Positions 24,574-35,181 of a DNA stretch of 64,000 nucleotides are shown here, one piece after another. The notes under the pieces were generated by a model that saw only the letters and a program-made list of their open reading frames with translations, ran no database searches and was not told the origin of the DNA. Numbering within the stretch: the stretch's first letter is position 1; the number at the start of each line of letters is the position of its first letter. The DNA is from Penicillus capitatus (taxonomy: Eukaryota > Plantae > Chlorophyta), in NCBI GenBank assembly GCA_965649825.1, contig OZ287695.1, positions 2,274,398-2,338,397 of the forward strand, written 5' to 3'. The translations under genes were made by a program, and so were the position numbers.

Positions 24574-26873
24574 AACGAAGCACGCCTCTGGACGAACCCC
24601 GAAGAAGCAGAAGTTAAGTTTTGCTGACCTTTCTTTTGTCTGTCTTTACCATACGTACACTACACAACCGTCTGACTAGGGAAGCCTAGAGTTTTTGCTC
24701 GACATTTATACGCCTGACATAGTAGCCTTAGTAGTTTTTAAGCATCGCTTGAGGCTCAAACGTCTTGTTGCTGATGGCCCTTGCCAGATTGTTTCATTGA
24801 ATCACTCTTGCCCTGATCCTGCATGCTTTGCCGTGATTTGGGTTGGAGGGGACAACCGAGTGTGTTCTTATGTTTTGCTCTTCAATTTGATGAGGCATAC
24901 AAGGTCTGAAGCAGCAACCGTTTTAGCCAGTTTTGAAGCGATTATCCTCTTTTGAACTGCATTTATCATTTGTACATCCCCAGAGCGGAGAACCGCGAGC
25001 GATTGAGGGATTTTCTGATGACGTGTCATTTTCTGCCCGACACTCATTGATCCATAGCGATATACCTATCGCCGCTGTTCCTTTGCTCCCGTCCCGTGTG
25101 CTCTTTGTCCAGTCCCTTTCACAGGCCATACGTATCCGAATCAATGACTACTGCGACTTTTGCTGCTGCGTTTGGTTTTCTGTGATGATAATGAAGAAAG
25201 AATTTCTTCCCAGCCCGACGACAAGAGGTTTTCTTTTCTGTTGAGGAGAAATGCATTTGGGAGCATGGACCTAAATCGCTGATCGCCCCCGATTAGCTGT
25301 CTTTCTGCAACCGAATCGATTTCATGGCTGATTTGAATCTCACTCATTTCCTGATGACTCGCAGCTGAGATTTTCCAAATGGCCCCTCTTCCTCTGCTGA
25401 ACGACAGGGTTTTTGTCGAACGAACAACTAATGAGCCGTTGACACAAACCTTGACAGCGCTGACAATATCATCAATGGCTGTGCCTATCTGCCTATCTGC
25501 CTGCCAGCCTACGAACCTGCTGATCCGATCGATATCCATCTATGTACGATGAAGGGACATGTGACGAGAGCAGTTTTGGTGAATTACTGAGCCTTCCATC
25601 AACGAGCTGTCAGATTTCCTCTCCCTGAGGAATTTTTTGTTTCAAATTTCTTTTTCGTGTGCTTCCGTCTGGCATCATAGAAGAGTGTTTCTGTTTTCTT
25701 TAGTGCCGACAAAAGATGTCTGTCTAATGCCCTCCAGAATTTGGGACAGCATCCTCTGCGGTAACATGGATGCTGGCAAACTGGAGAAGGTTTTCCTAAT
25801 ATTGTGGTGACGACAAGATTCCTGCACGGACCGGACGTACTATCTACATTTCGTCTTTGTTGTTTGCTTGTTGTTTGTTTGTTTGTTCGTCGTCGTTGTT
25901 GTTGATCAGAACAGTCTGTTTAAGGTTCACATTGCTTAACAACTCTTCTCTCGGGACGTGCCAGAGCAAAAAAAACAAAGTACACTTTGCTCCGATTGCT
26001 TTTCTGATTGCTTTCATGATGGCCGTTTATTGGGGAAATATCTTTTAGCAACAAAACCTTTTTGGATTAGCAATTGTCTTCGGTTGTCACCTCATAATGA
26101 TGTTGAAGGAAAGACCGTTGCCGTTTTCATGTTCGAGATCGATAATCGATTCAGATTCAGACTTCTTCTTCTTCTTAACAACAGATATTCCGCTTCCATG
26201 GTCGTTGCTGTGGATTCGTCACTGCTCAGTGGATTGTCGAATGTACTATAACAAGGCAGACAACCAAAACACCACAATCATACGTCAGAGTTCTTTATCT
26301 TTTATACCTTCGATGAAACTGATACTGACATTGCTCTCAAATTCCAAACCGAGAACGCTGCTGCCAGAACACTAGAAAAGAGCGTCAATGTCATCGACTA
26401 GATGTCCTGGGTTTGATTTTATGGCGCATTTCTTTGGAATGGAAAGGAGGGGAAGGATTGCTTTGCGGATACTGCTTTGTTGTTGGTGGGTGGGACTCAA
26501 TCAATAACGCAGAAGCTCATTGGAAGCTGGTGAAACGCTGGATTTGGAAAGAAGGTCGACGAAATGTGTTGCTGTTTTGTGGGCATACTCTGTCTTCTGT
26601 TTTTATTCATTTGTGCAATTTTAAGACTCGGTGCGTGCAGCAAAGGGCAAAATCAACAGGCAGACCTAATGCGGTTGGGACACATGTAAGAAGAGGTCGA
26701 CGAGTGTGTTTGGTAGATATGGATATATGGCGTCAAACAAAAGCGAACGAACGAACGCACGAACGCACGTCATGTCAATGTCTGACAATAACAACAACAA
26801 CAAAACGCATCCACAACACCATTCTGTCTTCTCAATAGGGGATTGATAGACGTATACAAAATCGATCGATCGA

Positions 26874-27251
26874 TCATAGGGAACCGATGGACTTGAGACC
26901 AAGAACGATACCGACACCAATAATGTGTCCAAAAGTGCCATGGGCCAGAACATCCACAGCTGTGAATCCAGCAGGGTCACCTGTCTTCATTCCACTCGGA
27001 ACTTCAGTGAGGTTCAGTCCAGCACTGGCCCGTCTGTTTGCCGAGGGCGCCAGACCAACTCGACCGGCCACGAGACACAGAGTCGTGCAACCACAGATGA
27101 TCAGATTCGTTTCGGATCCGATGAATCCGGCCATCGTGGTCACTGGGCGACGCGATCGGACAGGGGCTGCAGCGTGTTGCGTCTTGACAAAACCGCTCGA
27201 GTGCTGAGAGGCACGCAGTCCAGAAAAGCGCCGAATCTGTGTCGCCACCAT
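26874..27251 (-). CDS. PSAK: Photosystem I subunit K (PsaK), nuclear-encoded, intronless
   Basis: Transit peptide followed by FIGSETNLII, AGRVGLAPSANR, TGDPAGFTAVDVLAHG and GHIIGVGIVLGL. Confidence 0.95.
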   Translation of the reverse strand: MVATQIRRFSGLRASQHSSGFVKTQHAAAPVRSRRPVTTMAGFIGSETNLIICGCTTLCLVAGRVGLAPSANRRASAGLNLTEVPSGMKTGDPAGFTAVDVLAHGTFGHIIGVGIVLGLKSIGSL

Positions 27252-27373
27252 TTTGGCCGTCTAGACACGCGAGAGATGAGATGCGCGGATCTGCGATGTG
27301 GAAAACGAAGCGCGAAAATCGAAGAGGCAAACGACGTGGACGGATTGACACGGATCTTATTGACAGATCCCAT

Positions 27374-28794
27374 CTATACCATCACCTCCATGATCGCGTC
27401 TGCATTGTTGAGAAGAACGTCAAGGAGCTTGGCATCAAAGGAGATGCCTTTCTTGCCAGGTTTCATTTTTTCAGTGCCTTTGGGTTGGTAAAACTCGCGA
27501 AGATCAACGAGACAACGACCAGTGAAATCCGATACGGTCGCCCGTCGACGCGTCCCGATCTCGACAGCAAAATCTGTGTCCTTCGCTTCCACTGCTTTCT
27601 TCAAATCTTCGATGTTCTCAAGCAAGCGAAGAAATTGGTCCTTGTCCATGGATAGGCCTTTTGGCGTTGGACGAGGTTTGCCCGAGTTCTTGTCCTAGGC
27701 AAGAGTGACAACAGGGATAGAGCATGCGTGGATGTGTACCATGTAGTAACGGCGAAGATCTGCACGCATTTTGCCTTTGAATTCAGAGACGGTCACGTAG
27801 ATGTTCCTGTCGATCTCTACAGCATAGACATGATCTCCATCCAGCACTGTCGTCTTCTGTGCTTTTCTGGGTGGCATTTTCGATGTCTCTTTCGAAGACA
27901 TGGAGCGTTTGACTCCTGCCGAAATCAGATCTGCTCTATTCAGACAGAAGTCCGTGCTTGAAGAAGGGGACACACACCTCTTTGGAGCAGCATCTTTTCA
28001 GCACTGCTCTTTATGGGAGTTTTTGCCGCAGATTGCTGCAGCCGTGCCAGAATCTCGTCTTTGTACAGCTCAATTGTTTTGGGCACTGCCATATCCGTCT
28101 CGAAATACAAAGACGCCGAACTCGTGCCGCCATCGTCAATCAGACGCCACTGTAGAATGTCCCTTCAGACCCACCACACAGAATGCTGTCTGTTTGGATG
28201 GAACACCTGTGGGTGTACCCTTCTTTCTCAATTGTCAGACTTTTATCGAAATCCATGTCGATACGGATGGTATCGTCCACATCTAGATTTGCCCATTCAA
28301 TTGCTTCTGTCTTCGGAAATAGCATCTCGAACTCTCTTCGCGAGAGGCGCATCGAATACTCCTCTCTTCTCTCATCATCGACACCCTTGCACACCATCCG
28401 ATGCCTATCGACGGCGGAGAGAGGCACAACTTTGGACGAGATCTCCACGTGACGCTCGTCAGATACATCGACGATGCTGAGATGCCATTGGTCGTCCAAC
28501 TGGATGACGAAGTCGTCACTCTCGCGCGTCTCTTTGACCACTCCTTCCTCGTCCTGTGCGTCAAAGAACTTGCCAATCGCCTCCTACGTATGACAGAATT
28601 CGACGATGCCCTCGTGCGATAGATAGGTAAGTGAATAAACGCACACGTATTCCTTGTTTGTGGTGCTTCACTTCGCTGCCCAGTTCATCGGTTAAGTGAC
28701 GAAAGATGTCTTTTGTTGTTGTCTTCTCCGGATCGACGCTCTCCAAAAGCGCGTTCAATTTCTTAGACACTGTGTCAAAGCTCAAACCACCCAT
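27374..28794 (-). CDS. KELP/SUB1-like protein: DEK-C domain plus tandem PC4 ssDNA-binding domains, multi-exon
   Basis: N-terminal exon LLESVDPEKTTTKDIFRHLTDELG (DEK-C-like). Two clear PC4 domains: NIYVTVSEFKGKMRADLRRYY..PTPKGLSM and RRATVSDFTGRCLVDLREFY..PGKKGISF. Joining the exons into one gene is inferred. Confidence 0.75.
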
Positions 28795-29007
28795 GAGGTG
28801 AAATCGACGAACGTGGGTGGCGTCGCTGTCGACGTCGTACAACTTCCGTTCTGCTGTCGACGGCTTGACAAATGGCCTGTCGCGCCAACACGAGGTAAGT
28901 GTCGATCTCCAACCGCTGACAGATAATCGCCACGTGCGTGCTAAATCTTCAGTTGCATGTTGTCGCCAGAGGCTCCACGTATTTGTCCGGGACGTATCTT
29001 TCGGTCA

Positions 29008-31123
29008 ATGGCCCTTCCCTCCGTTGCCATTTCGTCGTCCTCTCGGCCTTCGCCTTCTCTTCGACCAAGGAAGACTACTGTGTTGAAGAGAAGGTCGGGG
29101 TTGCGTGTCTGTTGCAAGACAGACTATTCGCCGTCGGCCAGCGACGACGAAGTTCTCCAGAAGCCACCGAAAGAGCCATTGGACCTTGAAGATGTCAAAA
29201 ATGTCTTCAGCTATCCCCGAGATATAGAAGACAGATACGTCTTCGGCGAAATTATCGGCACGGGTAGCTATGGCACCGTGAGGAAGTGTGTCGACAAGGA
29301 AACGGGTAAACATCGCATCGTGCAATGATCGCCTCTATGTCTTCTTCTGTTTAGGAGCTGTCTTTGCCGTTAAGATCATTCCGAAAGCACCGAAGCGAGG
29401 GTATCCATGTACCCCTCGGTATCTGCTGAAGCTGCGGAACGAAGTTGAAGTCATACAGCAGCTGGGGGCGAGTTTGAATGCCGTCTATCTGCAGGTATGC
29501 TGTTCTGCTGGTTTGTCAATCTTTGATTGCGATACAGGGTGCTTTTGAAGATGATGATAACGTCTATCTGGTTATGGAACTGTGTGAGGGCGGCTCGTTG
29601 TTGAGCAGAGTGGCGAAGGGGCGGGAAACGGAAAGGGGTATTGCCAACATCGCCCGGAGCATTCTTCGGTTCATTGCCCAGTGCCATGCACGAGTAGGAC
29701 ACACGTCGTGCGAGAAAGATTAGTGATGTGACATCTTGCGCATCGACTAGGGAATTGTTTATCGGGATGTGAAGACTGAGAATTTCTTGTTCTTGAATGC
29801 ATCGCCCGACAGTTCACTGAAGGCAACCGATTTTGGATTGTCGATTCGGCACAAGGCTTCAGAAGATCCGCTGACATCGAGAACAGGTGTGTGCACATGT
29901 GCGCAAAGAGTGAGAGGAAAAGAGTGATGGTGTATAGGGACACCTGTATATATGGCTCCCGAAGTCATCCTGCAGTCCTATGACTCGAAGTGCGATGTAT
30001 GGTCGACAGGCATGATGATTTTTCAGCTCTTGACTGGGAGATTCTTCCACTGGCAAGATCTAAAGAAGACAAAGCTGAAAGATCTTTGGAAATCGGTCAT
30101 TACCATCCCCATCGAGTTAGAGACTCCCTACTGGGAGTCAAGACTCTCACCCGATGCTCGAGACCTTCTGTCAAAGATGCTGAAACGGAATCCAGATGAA
30201 CGGCTATCTGCAGCCGAGGTGATGTGACAAGAGAAGGCTGCACTGGCACCATGTTAACTGTGTGAAGTGACCATTAGGCTTTGAAGCATCCATGGATTCA
30301 AGAAGGCGGTACAGCCAAGGACATGTTTCTCGAAGGCAGTGTTGTACAGCGATTGCAACGTTTTACAACGTATGGAGATCTGAAGCAACTCATTTTGATG
30401 AAAGTGTCTGAGGAGCTTATGCATCCAGGTATCATCTCAGCTTTACTAAAGTATAGACAGAAGTGCAAAGGGTTTGTTGCTGCAGATGCGAACACCGTCT
30501 TGTTGGAAGACCTGAAGCATCTGTTCGATGCTTTGGATACGGACAACAGTGGCGCTATATCAACAGATGAGCTGGCTGACGGTAAAATCCACTGTATATT
30601 AGAGCAGAGGACAACTGAAAGGATGACAGGTCTCAGAGCCCAAGGATATTTTGTATCTGATGACGAAGCACGACAATTACTATCCAAAATTGATGTTGAC
30701 AAGTCTGGTTACATTGACTTTGATGAATTCATGGCCACACTGGTCGATTGGAGTGAAGTGCGCATCATTCCTTCCATCGTTTGCTGCTTCTTGACTGACG
30801 TTTGCGTGTTGTGCTATGTCCAGATCGAAAACAATCACAGTGAATGGTCGATTTACCTTGACAAGATCTTTGCCAATATTGATAAGGACGGCAACGGATT
30901 TATCTCTTTGGATGAATTGATTGACTACATTCCACCGAACACCAATCCGCAGCGTCTTTCAGACGAAGAGATCGAGGCAAGAGCGAGATTGATGCTGCGA
31001 GAGGCGGACAAGAATAAAGACGGACAGATCTCAAAGGAAGAGTTCTATGAGCTGATGCAGAATACTGTCGTCCCAGATGCCCTTGAACAGTATGAGTCAA
31101 GGATTCCTGGCCGAGTGAAATGA
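29008..31123 (+). CDS. Calcium-dependent protein kinase (kinase + junction + 4 EF-hands), multi-exon
   Basis: [33 protein letters not shown], junction [11 protein letters not shown], and four canonical EF loops ([48 protein letters not shown]). Confidence 0.93.
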
Positions 31124-31287
31124 GGTCAAGCCCTCCATCACAGTTCGACAAGAAGGAGGCTCCAATGTCATTGAACAGAATGTTCATGCTCTCATAAGAG
31201 AGAGAAAACGCATGCTATTCTTTGTTGCCAGCTATGAAACTCTGTGCTGACACAGCACAGACGATGATGCGTCGAAGATATGTCACA

Positions 31288-33984
31288 TCAGAGTGTATTT
31301 CGCCTTCCTATGTCTGAACACTCGAATGTTGTCCACATTGCCTTGGCCTGCTGGCACGGAGTGGCGCAAAACGCCTCGGCGCAGGAAGATACTGGCTGCT
31401 TGGCGGTGAATACGGCCATCTGGCTGCACTGCCCTAGATCGTGTCCCACTAATCCCAGTTCTGTACGTGTCTCTTTCTCCATCAACATTTCCCCGATCCC
31501 ATGGAACGTGACATCATAGGCAAACGATTCGGCAAGATCTATTGCCCACATTCGAAACTCATCTCGTGTCCATTCAAATCGATGATCTGAACAGCGAAGA
31601 GGTGTCCCATCACGACCAAGCACAGATGCTGCGGGAATGCCATCGACATGATAGAGAAGACGATTGTATTCCCAATTGGGTGTCGTGGCAATAAAGACAC
31701 GGGGTCGGATGATCCCCAGGACAGTTTTGCCGACAAGACTGAGCGGATCAGGATCCAGATGTTCGATCACTTCGATCATGACAGCCGCATCGACGCTTTT
31801 CTTCCACTCCGCCAGACTTCCGTCCAGGATATTACCATTGAATAGAGTGACTGCCAAGTCCCCTCGAGTGTTGAAATGTGACATGCGTGATGCCGCTCGG
31901 TTGAGGGCACTGGTGGATATGTCAACACCATAAAGACGTCGCATACAAGTACATTGTTCAATCAATGACTCCAAGAAACGCCCTTCCCCACAACCGATGT
32001 CGATGATGCGATGACACTCATGCTTCTTCAGCTGCTGTGCAACGGCAGCATAGCGTTGCTGACTCAGAGGCGGCTCAAAGAGTCTGACTTGGTTTGAACA
32101 GCCAATAACGGACAACACTCGAACAAAGAGACAGAAGAGCTGTGTGGAGTCATGAGCAATGAGGCTGTCGCACTCGGTACGGAACTCGATCTTGACGGAT
32201 CCATTCACATGCAGTCCCGTCACTGCGGCACTGAGCATGGAGGTGTCACAGACGTCCAGGACATAACCGTTGCTCCACTCAACGAGAAACCAATTCTCTA
32301 GAGCAGTCAGCCAGGTGAACAGTCTATACTGGATCTTGGTTTTGGATCCGTGCTCGACGACCGGTTTGCTCTTGTGACCACCATCCACCACAATGACCAC
32401 CTTATCAGCCTCGCGCGGTTCGATATCGACTTTGCTTCGTGGCAACGTTGCCCAGAACTCAGAGTCTTTTGCCTGAACCTGATGAATTAGCACCAATGCG
32501 GCATTCTGTTTCGCTCTTTCTGCATCTTTATCTGTCTTGCGGACGACAAGGTCGGTTCCAACAATTCCAAGATGCTGTGTCGCATGTCCATTGCTTTCCA
32601 TCTTCTGCGATTCAAGTAAAGAGCGTCCAGTCAAATACAAGTAGGTGCTCAGAATCTGATAGGGTAGTTGTCCACGCCATACGGATGGGCGCTCAAACCG
32701 AGTGGGCAGTTTTCCAAGAAACGGCATCGACAGATTAGCAATGTACAGCATTCGGGGCGATACAGCATAAACGCCGTACCAGAAATGTGCCACAGAATAG
32801 TCTCGCCATGTCATGGCAACTGGCACCTCTGCATACCACAGATACATGATGGTCCTTTGCAATCAGACACACACCGTTCTGTTGTCTGGATGGTCGTGCC
32901 AGCGTGAGCAATGCATCGCCGTAGATGGGACGACCACATATCCACGATGCCCTCAGATTCATGGCAGCTCCAGGATAGTGGCTGCTCCAAAGAGTGGGAG
33001 GTTTGAGTTCTTGCGATTCGGTAATGCAACAGGTGACATCTTTCTCAAAGACATCTGCCTTTGTGATGTCCACTGCCGCTTCTGGCTTGGCACTACAGAG
33101 AGAAGGAAGACAGAGCGATCTCTGCCGGACGATTGGCACGAGTGCCAAATAGCGAATCTCGGTCTGCAGCAACTCGATGACATTCTCCATGAGCTGTTTT
33201 CTCGAATCCACATGCACCGCAATCGGTCCATGCCTGTCACATCAACCACCTCTCTTGAGCCAAGCGACAATCGACTAAGATGTCATCACTTGGTATCCGT
33301 TGGGAGCAGCACCGCATCCCAAGATGTCTTTTCGAGTGATGTTGGATGCGCATACAGCTCGATGTCATCTGGAAAAGCGAGCGGTTCTCTGGACTGCAGA
33401 GAGAGTCTGTCATCGCTGACGACCAATGCTTCGTCCGATGCTATGGATTTCACTTGCTCTTCTGCATGAGCTCGGATATCCACGGAGCTATCTGCATGCG
33501 ATGTTCTCTGTTTGTTCATCCAGCTCTTTACCATCTTCATTTCCAGCAAGAAGCTAATCGGAATCCATCCATCCGTCAATTGTGTCACCATATACAGATA
33601 GCACCGCAAGACGGGGTCCTTTTTCAGTTTCTATCATACACAGCAAAGTATCACTGTAAAGTCACATGCAATGCACAGAAAGGGCACGTCTGCAGTGAGC
33701 GCCGATACAATGGCATCTCTCAGGCTGCCAGCGTCAACCACCTCTTTGCCGTATGCTTGGATCAGAACATCGAGCGCACATTGTGATGCGTTGCGTTTCG
33801 CTTCTTTCTTTGAGTTCCCGACGCCTTCGAAGCACTGCGTCTGTTCCGGACTCTCGCGCGATATATTGAGCAAACAGATCGTCTGTTTAATAGGTTCTGA
33901 TCTTATTCCAAACTCACAGGTCAGCTGCAACGCATGACGTCTGCAGAGATTGTTGAGTTCACAAACGGGATTGCTCGCTAACAT
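31288..33984 (-). CDS. HEN1: HEN1 small-RNA 2'-O-methyltransferase (dsRBD, La-like domain, C-terminal MTase), multi-exon
   Basis: N-terminal dsRBD (NPVCELNNLC..GVGNSKKEAKRNASQCAL), La-like DGWIPISFL, FEPPLSQQRY, SAM motif IIDIGCGEG, EVIEHLD, TTPNWEYN and DHRFEWTRDEF. The start codon is approximate. Confidence 0.88.
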
Positions 33985-34221
33985 GACAACAGAGACCGTG
34001 ACGTCAACAGTCCAGACAAGGCAAGCCACGAAATTTAGATGTGTGCATGCGTGCGTGTTCAGCACGAAAGGACGTTGCCGTCCATTAACGAAGAAATCAT
34101 CATAAGAATACATTGATTGAAACAAAACAGTAGGTTCGTTACCATTTGAGCATCGGCCATGAGAAACCGTCCGTACCAACAGACGTCCAGCGTTTACACT
34201 TCCAGCGTCATCGGCGTCAAG

Positions 34222-34252
34222 AACACGAACGAACGAACGCACGCACGCACGC
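34222..34252. repeat. Compound microsatellite (GAAC)n(GCAC)n
   Basis: Sequence acgaacgaacgaacgcacgcacgcacgc; a similar tract occurs at about 26745-26769. Confidence 0.7.
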
Positions 34253-34284
34253 ATAAAAGGTGGATGATACCATGGCCAAGTTTC

Positions 34285-34975
34285 TTATACTTCGAATCTA
34301 GCTCTCTTCGTACGACTTCCATTCTGTTCTTCTTCTGTTTTCTTAGAAAGACACTCTGGACATAGGAATGCCGCGTTCTCCGATTCTAGCTCCCGCTGCC
34401 GCTCTTCTGTAAGTCCGATGCATTCTGGATGAAACCAGTCTTTGCATCTAACACAGACAGTCACATCAATCACACCAACCCATCTGCCATGCATCTTACT
34501 GATCGCAGCCAATCATAGGCTTATCTGGATTATGGGGATGTTCACAGACACAATAGACGAACACTTGATCTGGTGTGAATTCTCCACTCGCTGGGTCGTA
34601 CTTCCATCGATAGAAGAAATCGTTTTCCATGATCAAATCCAATTCTGTGTATTCTTCGTAAGTGTAGACGAAACATTTGTCTTCAATAACGTGTGAGGGT
34701 AAGAGATCCTCGTGGTCCGACTCAAAGACTTCCTTGTCTCCGTGAAAGGGAAGGCGGCCACAGAGGGCTTCCTCTGGACGATAGAACCACTGGACATTGA
34801 TATGAATGGCGTTGCTTCTGCGTTGCTCGATGCGTTTTATGCGACCAATATAAGACTTGACAGCATCGCTTCCTGGATTTATAAGAACGCAGTCGCCAAT
34901 CTCGTAAACGGTTTCGTTCTGGACAAAAGACGAAAGCTGACGATGCCTCTGCGTCGTTCCACGCTTGACAGTCAT
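34285..34975 (-). CDS. BAH-PHD histone reader (EBS/SHL family), 2 exons
   Basis: YEIGDCVLI, YIGRI, VQWFYRPEE, GRLPFHGDKEVFESDH, and VYCVCEHPHNPDKPMIGCD|RCKDWFHPECI. Confidence 0.9.
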
Positions 34976-35181
34976 TTGAGGTATCGTTTTCGGCGACAAC
35001 TGGAAGGAAAAGATTGCTCGAACGCGGTACAGAACCTCGGCCGTACCAATCAATAAGCTCAAGGAGCTGACACCAGGTTGATGCGATAACGGACATTAAG
35101 GTCACTGTCGTTTTGTCCATCGACCATCATTTCGACTTTCTTTCTGAGCCACGTGCGTCTGTTCCACAACGCGCCATCACC

